A DNA stretch of 64,000 nt, taken from NCBI GenBank assembly GCA_017549805.1, contig JAFYNJ010000018.1, positions 12,503-76,502 on the forward strand. Direction: 5' to 3'. The notes beneath the pieces were generated by a model. That model ran no database searches, was not told the origin of the DNA, and saw only the letters and a program-made list of their open reading frames with translations. Both the position numbers and the translations under genes were made by a program. The stretch comes from Bacteroidales bacterium (GTDB lineage Bacteria > Bacteroidota > Bacteroidia > Bacteroidales > F082). How positions within the stretch are numbered: the stretch's first letter is position 1; every line of letters begins with the position of its first letter. Positions 18,514 to 27,439 of the stretch are shown one piece after another.

Positions 18514-20001
18514 ATGGGCGAAACCAACCATATCGAATCCCTCAGCCAGTCCATCTCAACGGGCCTGTCGTCAAGCAAGATCGGCTTGATCATCGCCATC
18601 ATCGGCCTGTTGATCTTCGCGGCGCATCTGTTCAGCTCCATCTTCAGCAAGCGGAGGATCCCCGACGTGCTTTTCCTGATCATCATCGGATTGGTCATCG
18701 GGCCCCTCACCCAACTTGTCGATTCCGACAGGCTCACCCTCTTGGGCAGCATCCTGTCGGCCGTCACCTTGGTGCTGATTTTGTTTGAAAGCGGCATCCA
18801 GATGAGTTTTGCCAACCTGAAGGGTTCATTCCGTCCCTCCCTGAAGCTGACTGCCTCCAACTTCATCATCTCCGCCATCGCAGTATGGCTGATTGGCTGG
18901 CTGGTGCTGAAAATCGACCCCATTGTCAGCCTCATGCTCGGCTGCGTGTTGGGCGGCACTGCCTCAGCGGTGGTGATCCCCACAGTGCGCCAGCTCAGGA
19001 TGTCGCAAAAGAGCGCCACCATCATGATTTTGGAGGCCGCTATCGGCAACGTGTTCAGCATCGTGCTCGCCTTGGCTTTGCTGGAAGCCATCAAGTCGAA
19101 CCACGTGGAGTTCGGCATGATCTTCGGCCAGATCTTCTCCTCCTTCATCCTCGCCACGGTCATCGGCCTCATCGGGGCCATTTTCTGGGCCTTGATCCTC
19201 GACAAGGTACGTAACATCAAGTATTCCGTGTTGACCACCCCTGCCTTCGTGTTCATCATCTACGGTGTCAACGAGTGGATGGGCTACAGTGGTGCCATTG
19301 CCGCCTTGGCTTTCGGCATCGGCATGGCCAACATCGACGGCATTTACGACTCCATTTTGAAGAAGATTTTCAAGAAGCGTCCTGCCAACCTCAACGACAC
19401 TGAGCGCGCCCTTTTCAGCGAGCTAGTGCTGTTGTTGAAGACCTTCTTCTTCGTGTATGTGGGCATGTCGATCAAGCTTTACGCCTGGCAGCCCATCGTG
19501 ATCGGCTTGGGCATCACCGTGATGCTGTTCGTCTTGCGCATTCCCGTGGTGCGTTTCGCCATCTCGCGCAAGGACCTGATCCCCGACAAGGAGCTGATGT
19601 ACATGTCGGCCATCGACCCCAAGGGATTGACAGCGGCGGTATTGGCTACCCAGGCTGTGGCATACATCCCCGACATGGAGATCGGCATTTTCATCCGCAA
19701 TATCGTCTTCTCTGTCATCCTGTTCAGCATTGTGATCAATTCCATTCTGATTCCGCTGATCTCCCGTGAGAAGCTCTTATATCGCTTGTATAAGCATTTG
19801 TTGTTGCTCAACGGAAGAGTCAAGGATGCCGTTTCGCAGACCACGCAGGAGCAGGCCGAACGGATGCGTAGGAACTCCAGAACCCGCGAGATTGCCGACG
19901 AGATGTTCTATCCCGAGGTCATCGCCGATGTTTTCAAGGATCAAGACACTCCTGGGGCGTTGAACCACCCCGAATCCAGCAACTCCGATGTGGCGGATTG
20001 A
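18514..20001 (+). CDS. Cation:proton antiporter (CPA1 family), copy 2, with about 70-aa hydrophilic C-terminal tail
   Basis: Collinear paralog of 17245..18510 (LLIFAAHLFSSIFSKRRIPDVLFLIIIGLVIGP). It starts 3 nt after the copy 1 stop. Confidence 0.8.
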   Translation: MGETNHIESLSQSISTGLSSSKIGLIIAIIGLLIFAAHLFSSIFSKRRIPDVLFLIIIGLVIGPLTQLVDSDRLTLLGSILSAVTLVLILFESGIQMSFANLKGSFRPSLKLTASNFIISAIAVWLIGWLVLKIDPIVSLMLGCVLGGTASAVVIPTVRQLRMSQKSATIMILEAAIGNVFSIVLALALLEAIKSNHVEFGMIFGQIFSSFILATVIGLIGAIFWALILDKVRNIKYSVLTTPAFVFIIYGVNEWMGYSGAIAALAFGIGMANIDGIYDSILKKIFKKRPANLNDTERALFSELVLLLKTFFFVYVGMSIKLYAWQPIVIGLGITVMLFVLRIPVVRFAISRKDLIPDKELMYMSAIDPKGLTAAVLATQAVAYIPDMEIGIFIRNIVFSVILFSIVINSILIPLISREKLLYRLYKHLLLLNGRVKDAVSQTTQEQAERMRRNSRTREIADEMFYPEVIADVFKDQDTPGALNHPESSNSDVAD

Positions 20002-20015
20002 TCATAGCGAACGCG

Positions 20016-20510
20016 TCAATATTTCTCCAGCCACGCCCTCATCTTGTCCGGTTTAACACCTTCTTTCAGAGATTGCTGTGCGACCTTAGCCCCGAAGGCT
20101 GTCGCCATCTTATTGGGGTCTAGCTTTATTTGGACGCGGCCTAAATCCAAGCGGTCGGCATCATAGCATGTGTCGATGGTAATATCGCCCGAACGGTGTT
20201 CGATTGTATGGAACTTGCAGGCGTGATAGAGCTTTTCGAATTGTTCTTGGGTAATGTTGAAGCGCTGTTCTTCAAAGCAGGCTTTTGCAAACTCCGCTCC
20301 TCTTTCACCATGTTCCCTATCAATACCGTCGTCGGCTCTTTTGCTGTCGTGAAACAGCGCAAACAGCCGCACCACTTCCATATCGGCTCCCGTTTCTTTG
20401 GCCAGCAACATCCCATTGAACTCCACCTGCCGCCAATGGACGATACCATGAAGTTCCGAATCAAAGATTCGGCGGGAGAAAACATATTGTTGGAGGGCAG
20501 GGAAATACAT
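20016..20510 (-). CDS. Small HD-domain-like protein
   Basis: H...HD...D pattern (HWRQV, LFALFHDSKR, YDADRLDL) in a 164-aa ORF. Confidence 0.6.
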   Translation of the reverse strand: MYFPALQQYVFSRRIFDSELHGIVHWRQVEFNGMLLAKETGADMEVVRLFALFHDSKRADDGIDREHGERGAEFAKACFEEQRFNITQEQFEKLYHACKFHTIEHRSGDITIDTCYDADRLDLGRVQIKLDPNKMATAFGAKVAQQSLKEGVKPDKMRAWLEKY

Positions 20511-20584
20511 GATAATTGTTTTGAAGGGTACTTACTGCAAAGATAGCACTATTTTCCAATCAAAATAGCAGTTATTGAAAAAAA

Positions 20585-20599
20585 GTGTAATTTTTACAC
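20585..20599. promoter_or_regulatory. Perfect palindrome GTGTAA-TTT-TTACAC, candidate operator upstream of the NrtR-like gene
   Basis: Read from the sequence. A second inverted repeat, CTATTTT-N6-AAAATAG, lies at 20549..20568. Confidence 0.35.
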
Positions 20600-20629
20600 A
20601 TTTTTTCTTGCAGGTTTCAAAAATAGTTG

Positions 20630-20637
20630 TAATTTTG
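20630..20637 (+). promoter_or_regulatory. -7 promoter box TAatTTTG upstream of the NrtR-like gene
   Basis: Exact TAnnTTTG match 19 nt before the ATG at 20656. Confidence 0.5.
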
Positions 20638-20655
20638 CGTCAAATTTACACAATC

Positions 20656-21474
20656 ATGAAAGAAGGAAAGTATTGTTACCAGTATCCCCACCCCGCAGTC
20701 ACAACGGATTGCGTAGTGTTTGGCTTCGATGGCAAGCGACTCAACATCCTATTAATAGAAAGAGGTGCCGAGCCTTTCAAAGGCTGTTGGGCATTTCCAG
20801 GTGGCTTCATGAGAATCGACGAGACGGCAGAGCAAGGTGCCCTGCGCGAGTTGAGCGAAGAGACCGGCTTGAAGCTCGAGTATCTGAAGCAGTTCGGCAC
20901 TTTCACCGCCGTGAACCGTGATCCCCGCGAACGTGTCATCACCATCGCCTTCTATGCCATGGCCAAGAAGTCGTTCGTCCAAGGCGGTGACGACGCGGCC
21001 AAAGCCCAGTGGTTCCCGATCGAGGATGTGCCCCCCTTGGCTTTCGATCACGACTACATCCTCCGCAAAGCCACCGAACAACTGAAAAGGGATATCCACT
21101 TCGAGCCTATCGGCTTCGATCTGCTTGATGAGCAATTCACCATGCCCGAGCTGCAACGCCTTTACGAGTCGATCTTAGGCGTTCATTTCGACCGTCGCAA
21201 CTTCTACAAGAAGATGTTGCAAACCGGCATTTTGGAGGAGATCGATGATGACTTTGAAGAGAGCGAATCGCAATTCTTTGGAGCCCACCACGAGATGAAA
21301 TCCATGAGTATCGATGCCCTGTTCGGCGAGAGCCGGCAAGAGATGCCCCTGCCCCATCCCATAGCTGCACCCTCCATTGAAGAACCCCGCCGCCGAAAAG
21401 GCACCAAGTTCTCTTTCAACAAAGAAAGGTACGACCGATTGAAAGAAGATAAAAACTTCAGACTGGAATTTTAA
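20656..21474 (+). CDS. NUDIX hydrolase domain plus winged-helix domain (NrtR-like regulator)
   Basis: Nudix box GGFMRIDETAEQGALRELSEETGL. C-terminal FTMPELQRLYESILGVHFDRRNFYKKML resembles the NrtR wHTH. Start reset to MKEGKY, downstream of the promoter box. Confidence 0.75.
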   Translation: MKEGKYCYQYPHPAVTTDCVVFGFDGKRLNILLIERGAEPFKGCWAFPGGFMRIDETAEQGALRELSEETGLKLEYLKQFGTFTAVNRDPRERVITIAFYAMAKKSFVQGGDDAAKAQWFPIEDVPPLAFDHDYILRKATEQLKRDIHFEPIGFDLLDEQFTMPELQRLYESILGVHFDRRNFYKKMLQTGILEEIDDDFEESESQFFGAHHEMKSMSIDALFGESRQEMPLPHPIAAPSIEEPRRRKGTKFSFNKERYDRLKEDKNFRLEF

Positions 21475-21507
21475 CTATTTATAAACAATTAAAACAATCT
21501 AAAGATT

Positions 21508-22614
21508 ATGGAAACCAAAATTGAAACCAAAACCCAAACCAAAACCCAGATTTACAACCTGATTATCCTCGACAAGAGCGGATCCATGAGCAGCATCGCC
21601 AAGGCCGCCATCTCGGGCTTCAACGAGACTGTTGGCGGCATCCGCTCTGCCCAGGAACGCTTCAAAGACACACAAGAACATTTTGTTTCGCTGATGCTAT
21701 TCTGCGGATGCGAGAAGAAACTGGTCTATGACAAGGTGCCCGTCAAAAAGGTCAAAGAACTGACTTCTCGTGAGTACAGACCTTGCTGCAACACCCCGCT
21801 CTACGACGCCATGGGCCTCTCCATCAACGCCTTGTACAAGAACATCAAGGACAAGGAAGACGCCACTGCCATGGTCACCGTCATCACCGATGGTTTGGAG
21901 AACGCCTCGAGAGAGTACTCCGGCAGTGCCATCAAAGCTCTCGTGGAACGCATGAAGGACGAGGAGGGCTGGAACTTCGCTTACATCGGCACCAACCAAG
22001 ACGTGGAAGCCACCTCCGCCTCCCTCTCCATCGACAACAGCATGAGTTTCATCGATGATGAAGCCGGCATGCATGCCGCTTGGGAGAAGGAGCGTAAAGC
22101 CAAGATGATGATGTTTGGCCGCATGTCCTTGGAAGCCTCAGCCGTAGCACCCATGGGAGCCATTGAACGCAAACGGTTCCGTTCCCAATCGAACCGTAAG
22201 AACCGCAACTATCGCGAATTGAGCGAGTTCCAGCATCGCTTCACGCCCAACAACATCAGGAAACTTGACGACAACGAGATCTTTGTCTTCGGCAGCAACC
22301 TGGCCGGGATGCATGCCGGCGGCGCGGCAAGAACCGCTGTCGAAAAATACGGCGCCATTATGGGACAAGGCGTGGGGTTGCAGGGACAGAGCTATGCCAT
22401 CCCCACCATGCAAGGTGGCGTAAACACCATCATGCCTTACGTGTCAGAGTTCATCCGTTTTGCCGACTGCCATCCTGAACTGAAATTCCTGGTCACCCGC
22501 ATCGGTTGCGGCATCGCTGGCTTCACTCCCGCTGAGATCGCTCCCCTTTTTGCTGGCGCCATCAGTCTGCCTAACGTTTATCTGCCGGAAGATTTCTGGG
22601 AGGAACTTATTTGA
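21508..22614 (+). CDS. Fusion protein: N-terminal vWA domain plus C-terminal domain resembling the phage A1S_2505-type family
   Basis: MIDAS-like DKSGSMSS with later TDGLEN. The C-terminal 110 aa (FVFGSNLAGMHAGGAARTA...GLQGQSYAIPT...TRIGCGIAGF) matches a motif pattern I recall from small phage/bacterial proteins of unknown function. Confidence 0.6.
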   Translation: METKIETKTQTKTQIYNLIILDKSGSMSSIAKAAISGFNETVGGIRSAQERFKDTQEHFVSLMLFCGCEKKLVYDKVPVKKVKELTSREYRPCCNTPLYDAMGLSINALYKNIKDKEDATAMVTVITDGLENASREYSGSAIKALVERMKDEEGWNFAYIGTNQDVEATSASLSIDNSMSFIDDEAGMHAAWEKERKAKMMMFGRMSLEASAVAPMGAIERKRFRSQSNRKNRNYRELSEFQHRFTPNNIRKLDDNEIFVFGSNLAGMHAGGAARTAVEKYGAIMGQGVGLQGQSYAIPTMQGGVNTIMPYVSEFIRFADCHPELKFLVTRIGCGIAGFTPAEIAPLFAGAISLPNVYLPEDFWEELI

Positions 22615-22644
22615 TTAATCAAGAATTTAGAATTCAAAAATTCT

Positions 22645-22652
22645 TACCTTTG
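22645..22652 (+). promoter_or_regulatory. -7 promoter box TAccTTTG upstream of the thioesterase gene
   Basis: Exact TAnnTTTG match 9 nt before the ATG at 22661. Confidence 0.45.
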
Positions 22653-22660
22653 CCGCCACT

Positions 22661-23122
22661 ATGAAAGCAACCTACTCACAACGTTTGATCAAACTCGCCG
22701 ACCTGAACCACCACCAGACCTTCTTCGCTGGAAGGTGTTCCGAGTGGTTCCTGGAAAGTTCCTATTTTGCCGTTGCCCAGTATGTTGACACGAAGGACAC
22801 CGTCCTGCTCGTGCTCCATGGCATCGACTTCAAGTTCCCCATCTTCGCCGGCGACATCGTCACTTTCGAGAGCAAGGTAATCCATACGGGGCGCTCGACC
22901 CTTACCGTATATACAAAAATGTATCGAAGTAGGGAACCCGAGAAGACTGCCGCCGATGGCTTCGCCACCTTCTCCTACCTGGATGAGAACCACCAATCCA
23001 AACCGCACGGCATCGTCCTCACTCCCGAAACCGACGAGGAGAGATGGCTTCAACAACAGGCCAAAGAGGTGATGGAAGACTCGAAACGAAGGGCGATTGC
23101 GATGAATCAAAAAAATCTCTGA
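22661..23122 (+). CDS. Acyl-CoA thioesterase (hotdog fold)
   Basis: 153 aa. FFAGRCSEWFLESSYFA...HGIDFKFPIFAGDIVTFESKV is typical of the hotdog thioesterase core. Confidence 0.7.
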   Translation: MKATYSQRLIKLADLNHHQTFFAGRCSEWFLESSYFAVAQYVDTKDTVLLVLHGIDFKFPIFAGDIVTFESKVIHTGRSTLTVYTKMYRSREPEKTAADGFATFSYLDENHQSKPHGIVLTPETDEERWLQQQAKEVMEDSKRRAIAMNQKNL

Positions 23123-23150
23123 AAAACAACCAACATATCAAAAAAAGTTG

Positions 23151-23158
23151 TAATTTTG
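23151..23158 (+). promoter_or_regulatory. -7 promoter box TAatTTTG upstream of rpsO
   Basis: Exact TAnnTTTG match in the GTTGTAATTTTGCAG context, the same flanks as the boxes at 20630 and 62779. Confidence 0.5.
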
Positions 23159-23205
23159 CAGCCCGTTTTAGAAAGTTTAAAGTAAAAAGTTAAGAAGTAT
23201 TAATT

Positions 23206-23475
23206 ATGTATTTGACTGCAGAAAAGAAATCAGAGATTTTCAGCCAATACGGCAAGAGCGCTGCCGATACTGGTTCAGCAGAAGGCCAAATCGCTTTGTT
23301 CACCTACAGAATCAAGCATTTGACTGAACAAACAAAGGAACACAAAAAGGATGTGGCGGCCAAGCGCGCGTTGGTTCGTTTAGTAGGTAAGAGAAGAAAG
23401 CTTCTCGATTATTTGAAGAGAACTGACATCGAAAGATACCGTGCCATCATTAAGGAATTAGGCATCAGAAAGTGA
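23206..23475 (+). CDS. rpsO: 30S ribosomal protein S15
   Basis: 89 aa. GSAEGQIALFTYRIKHLTEQTKEHKKD...RYRAIIKELGIRK is a canonical S15 sequence. Confidence 0.97.
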   Translation: MYLTAEKKSEIFSQYGKSAADTGSAEGQIALFTYRIKHLTEQTKEHKKDVAAKRALVRLVGKRRKLLDYLKRTDIERYRAIIKELGIRK

Positions 23476-23502
23476 TCCTTTCACGCTGCCTAAGCGGAAT
23501 TC

Positions 23503-23536
23503 AAAAAAGGCAATAGACCCTATTGCCTTTTTTTTG
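23503..23536 (+). terminator. Rho-independent terminator after rpsO
   Basis: AAAAAAGGCAATAG-ACCC-TATTGCC followed by a T8 run. Confidence 0.75.
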
Positions 23537-23574
23537 CTTTTTAAGAAAGTCCACATCTAAACGAAAGAAAAACC

Positions 23575-25806
23575 ATGGGTCCAGAAGGAATTACTCAAAT
23601 CATAAAGATGCCTAACGGTCAGGAAATCAGCATTAACACCGGCCGTTATGCCAAACAAGCCGACGGTTCCGCCCTGCTTCGCTGCGGCGATACCGTCCTG
23701 CTCGCCACCGTCTGCTCAGCCACCGAAGTCGCCCCGGAAACGGACTTCTTCCCGCTGTCAGTGGATTACCGCGAAAAATACTACGCCGCCGGCAAGTTCC
23801 CCGGCGGATTCTTCAAACGTGAAGCCAAGCCCTCCGACTACGAGGTGCTCATCTCCCGTTTGATCGACCGTGCCCTTCGTCCTTTGTTCCCGGATGACTA
23901 TCATGCCGAGACCATCGTGCAAGTGAACCTCCTCTCGGCCGAGAAGAATGTGGCTCCCGATGCCCTCGCCGCCTTGGCTGCTTCCGCCGCCATCAGCGTG
24001 TCGGACATCCCGTTCCACGGCCCGATCTCCGAGGTCCGCGTCGCCCTCATCGGTGACGAATACGTCATCAACCCCACCTTCGAGCAGCAAGAAGAAGCGC
24101 GCCTCGAGCTGATGGTGGCCGCCTCCATGAAGGACATCTGCATGGTGGAAGGCGAATGCAAGGAAGTCTCCGAAGAAGAGATGCTCGGCGCCCTCAAGGC
24201 CGCCCACGAAGCCATCAAGATCCAGTGCCAAGCACAGATCGAACTGATGGAAAAGGTCGGCAAGGCCAAGAGAGAATACTGCCACGAAGTGAACGACGAG
24301 ACCATCCGCCAAGAGGTGCAGGACAACTGCTACCAGGCTTGCTACGACTTCGCCCTGTCAGGCTGCGCCGACAAACACCTCCGCGAAGATACGTTCAACG
24401 GCATCCTCGACAAATATCTCGAAAAATATACCGAAGAAGAGCTTGAGACCGTGAAGCCGCTGGCCGCCCGTTATTTCCATGACGTGCAGCGTTCAGCCGT
24501 GCGCAACGCCGTCCTCGACAAGCGCATCCGCCTCGACGGCCGTCAACTCAACCAAGTGCGTCCCATCTGGACGGAAGTGGATCTCCTCCCCTCGGCTCAC
24601 GGCTCCGCCGTGTTTACCCGTGGTGAGACCCAAGCTCTGGTCACCGTCACCCTCGGCACCAAACTTGATGAACAGACCATCGACGGCGCTGTGGTGGAAG
24701 GCACCAAGAACTTCACGCTGCACTACAACTTCCCAGGCTTTGCCACCGGCGAAGCCAAGGCAGCCCGCAGCACCAGCCGTCGTGAGATCGGTCACGGCAA
24801 CCTGGCTGAGCGCGCCCTGAAATCGATGGTTCCCCACGATGAAAGCATGCCTTACACCGTACGTATCGTGAGCGACATCCTTGAGTCGAACGGTTCCTCA
24901 TCCATGGCCTCCGTTTGCGGTGGCTGCATGGCCCTGATGGATGCCGGCGTGCCGATGCGCAAGCCCGTCGCTGGCGTCGCCATGGGTATGATCTCCGACA
25001 GTGAGACCGGTAAGTACGCCATCCTGACCGACATCCTCGGCGACGAGGACCACCTCGGCGACATGGACTTCAAGGTCACCGGTACCCGCGACGGCATCAC
25101 CGCCTGCCAGATGGACATCAAGGTGGACGGCCTCAGCTACGAGGTCCTCACCGAAGCCCTCGAACAGGCCCGTCAAGGCCGTCTGCACATCCTCGACGAG
25201 ATGGCCAAGACCATCAGCGAGCCTCGTGCCGACTACAAGGAGATCGTCCCGAGAATCGAGAAGATGTACATCCCGAAGGACTTCATCGGTGCCGTCATCG
25301 GCCCCGGCGGCAAGGTCATCCAAGAGATGCAGAAGGTTACCAACACCATCATCACCATCACCGAAGACGAAGAGAAGGGCATCGTGGAAATCGCTTCCCA
25401 GAACAAGGCCGACATCGAAGCCTGCAAAGCCAAGATCCGTGCTATCGTTGCTGTGCCTGAGGTTGGCGAGGTGTATCACGGTAAGGTCGTTTCCATTATG
25501 GCTTTCGGCGCCTTCGTTGAGATCCTGCCCAACAAAGACGGTTTGTTGCACATCTCCGAGATCGGCTGGGAACGTTACAACACCATGGAAGAAACCGGCC
25601 TGAAGGAAGGCGATGAGATTGATGTCAAGTTGATCGAAATCGACAGCAAGACCGGCAAGCTCCGTCTGTCGCGCAGAGAGCTTCTGCCCAAGCCGGAAGG
25701 CTATGTGGAGAAGAAAGGCGGCAACGGTCCTCGTCCCAGTGGTAACGGTCCCCGTCCCAACGGCGGTAACCGCAACAAAAACCACCACAACAACCACAAG
25801 AACTAA
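23575..25806 (+). CDS. pnp: Polyribonucleotide nucleotidyltransferase (PNPase)
   Basis: Two RNase PH domains, KH ([13 protein letters not shown]) and S1 ([20 protein letters not shown]). It has an Asn/Gly/Pro/His-rich basic tail. The alternative start MPNGQEI is at 23608. Confidence 0.97.
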   Translation: MGPEGITQIIKMPNGQEISINTGRYAKQADGSALLRCGDTVLLATVCSATEVAPETDFFPLSVDYREKYYAAGKFPGGFFKREAKPSDYEVLISRLIDRALRPLFPDDYHAETIVQVNLLSAEKNVAPDALAALAASAAISVSDIPFHGPISEVRVALIGDEYVINPTFEQQEEARLELMVAASMKDICMVEGECKEVSEEEMLGALKAAHEAIKIQCQAQIELMEKVGKAKREYCHEVNDETIRQEVQDNCYQACYDFALSGCADKHLREDTFNGILDKYLEKYTEEELETVKPLAARYFHDVQRSAVRNAVLDKRIRLDGRQLNQVRPIWTEVDLLPSAHGSAVFTRGETQALVTVTLGTKLDEQTIDGAVVEGTKNFTLHYNFPGFATGEAKAARSTSRREIGHGNLAERALKSMVPHDESMPYTVRIVSDILESNGSSSMASVCGGCMALMDAGVPMRKPVAGVAMGMISDSETGKYAILTDILGDEDHLGDMDFKVTGTRDGITACQMDIKVDGLSYEVLTEALEQARQGRLHILDEMAKTISEPRADYKEIVPRIEKMYIPKDFIGAVIGPGGKVIQEMQKVTNTIITITEDEEKGIVEIASQNKADIEACKAKIRAIVAVPEVGEVYHGKVVSIMAFGAFVEILPNKDGLLHISEIGWERYNTMEETGLKEGDEIDVKLIEIDSKTGKLRLSRRELLPKPEGYVEKKGGNGPRPSGNGPRPNGGNRNKNHHNNHKN

Positions 25807-25833
25807 TTCAATTGGTTAACCAACACGTTATAA

Positions 25834-26697
25834 ATGAGGCAGCTAAAGATTACGAAGCAGGTTACTAACCGTGAGACTGCGTCTCTCGACAAGTACCTGC
25901 AAGAGATTGGTAAGGTTGAACTGATTTCCGCCGAAGAAGAGGTGGAGTTGGCACAACGTATCAAGCAAGGCGACAAAGCCGCATTGGAAAAGCTTACCAA
26001 AGCCAACCTGCGTTTCGTCGTCTCCGTATCAAAACAGTATCAGAACCAAGGCCTTAGTCTTCCCGACTTAATCAACGAAGGTAACTTGGGGCTGATAAAA
26101 GCCGCACAACGTTTCGACGAAACCAGAGGTTTCAAATTCATTTCCTACGCCGTGTGGTGGATTCGTCAATCCATCCTCCAGGCACTGGCCGAACAATCGC
26201 GTATTGTCCGTCTCCCCCTGAACAAAATCGGTTCCATCAACAAAATCAACAAAGCTTACGCCAAGCTGGAGCAAGAGTATGAACGTGAACCCAATGCAGA
26301 GGAGATTGCCGAGGTCCTGGAAATCACGGAAGCCGAAGTGAAAGAATCGATGAAGAATGCTGGACGTCACATCTCGATGGACGCCCCGCTCATCCAAGAC
26401 GAAGACAACACCATGTACGATGTCTTGAAGAGCGAAGAGGCACCTACACCGGAAACGGAACTCCTGTACGAGTCGTTACGCAAAGAAATTGACCGAGCCA
26501 TCTCCACCTTGACACCGCGTGAGGCCGACGTCGTCCGACTTTATTTCGGACTCAACGGAAGCCACCCGATGACCTTGGAAGAGATTGGTGAGAAGTTCGA
26601 CTTGACGCGTGAACGTGTGCGTCAGATTAAGGAAAAGGCTATTCGTAGGTTGAAGCATACGAGCAGGAGCAAGAACCTTAAGAGTTACCTCGGTTAA
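25834..26697 (+). CDS. rpoD: Primary RNA polymerase sigma factor (short Bacteroidota type)
   Basis: 287 aa. Region 2 ([26 protein letters not shown]) and region 4 ([28 protein letters not shown]). Confidence 0.95.
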   Translation: MRQLKITKQVTNRETASLDKYLQEIGKVELISAEEEVELAQRIKQGDKAALEKLTKANLRFVVSVSKQYQNQGLSLPDLINEGNLGLIKAAQRFDETRGFKFISYAVWWIRQSILQALAEQSRIVRLPLNKIGSINKINKAYAKLEQEYEREPNAEEIAEVLEITEAEVKESMKNAGRHISMDAPLIQDEDNTMYDVLKSEEAPTPETELLYESLRKEIDRAISTLTPREADVVRLYFGLNGSHPMTLEEIGEKFDLTRERVRQIKEKAIRRLKHTSRSKNLKSYLG

Positions 26698-26704
26698 ATT
26701 TTCT

Positions 26705-26738
26705 AAAAAAAGTGCCTCTCACGAGGCACTTTTTTTTA
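26705..26738 (+). terminator. Rho-independent terminator after rpoD
   Basis: AGTGCCTC-TCAC-GAGGCACT followed by T7. It is A-rich upstream, so it may work in both directions. Confidence 0.8.
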
Positions 26739-26744
26739 TCTTTG
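26737..26744 (+). promoter_or_regulatory. -7 promoter box TAtcTTTG upstream of rpe
   Basis: Exact TAnnTTTG match 26 nt before the ATG at 26770. Confidence 0.45.
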
Positions 26745-26769
26745 CCTCAACAACTTTCAACTCTCCACT

Positions 26770-27417
26770 ATGAAATTGATCGCCCCTTCCCTGCTTTCGG
26801 CAGATTTCCTCAACTTAGGAAGAGATATTGAGATGGTCAACCGCAGCGAGGCCGACTGGTTCCATTGCGACATCATGGACGGCCGTTTCGTGCCCAACAT
26901 CTCCTTCGGCATTCCAGTAGTGCAAGCCATCAGTCAACTGGCCGAAAAACCCCTGGACGTCCACCTGATGATTGTGGAACCCGAGAAGTATTTCGAAGCC
27001 TTCGCCAAAGCTGGAGCCGACATCATCACTTTCCACTACGAGGCCAGTAAGCACATCCATCGTGCCGTTCAGCAGCTAAAAGCACTCGGTGTAAAGGCCG
27101 GCGTGGTGCTGAATCCCCACACGCCCGTTGCTGTGCTGGAAGACATCCTCTGCGACCTCGATCTGGTGTTGCTGATGAGCGTCAACCCTGGATTCGGCGG
27201 ACAGAAGTTCATTGAGCGCACCTACGAGAAGATCCGCAAGCTCCGCACCATGATCGATGAACAAGGTCTCGACACCTTGATCGAAGTAGATGGTGGCGTC
27301 AACACAGAGAACGCCTCCTTGTTGTTCGGCGCCGGTGCCGATGTACTCGTGGCAGGCAATGCAGTGTTCAAATCCGACAATCCAGAGGAGACAATCCATT
27401 TACTGAAAAACAACTGA
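26770..27417 (+). CDS. rpe: Ribulose-phosphate 3-epimerase
   Basis: IAPSLLSADF, HCDIMDGRFVPN, LDVHLM, MSVNPGFGGQKF, EVDGG motifs. Confidence 0.95.
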   Translation: MKLIAPSLLSADFLNLGRDIEMVNRSEADWFHCDIMDGRFVPNISFGIPVVQAISQLAEKPLDVHLMIVEPEKYFEAFAKAGADIITFHYEASKHIHRAVQQLKALGVKAGVVLNPHTPVAVLEDILCDLDLVLLMSVNPGFGGQKFIERTYEKIRKLRTMIDEQGLDTLIEVDGGVNTENASLLFGAGADVLVAGNAVFKSDNPEETIHLLKNN

Positions 27418-27439
27418 ACAACTTAATAACTGAACAACC

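Noticed and set aside
15645-19844. Antisense or alternative-frame ORFs in C25 paralog 2 and the two antiporter genes (15645..16319, 16992..17801, 17385..18260, 17821..18363, 18507..19259)
   Set aside because: The membrane-protein and peptidase frames explain the region. The alternatives lack motifs and are compositionally biased.
23758-25797. Minus-strand ORFs opposite pnp (23758..24312, 24898..25797)
   Set aside because: They are antisense to a textbook PNPase and have low-complexity translations.
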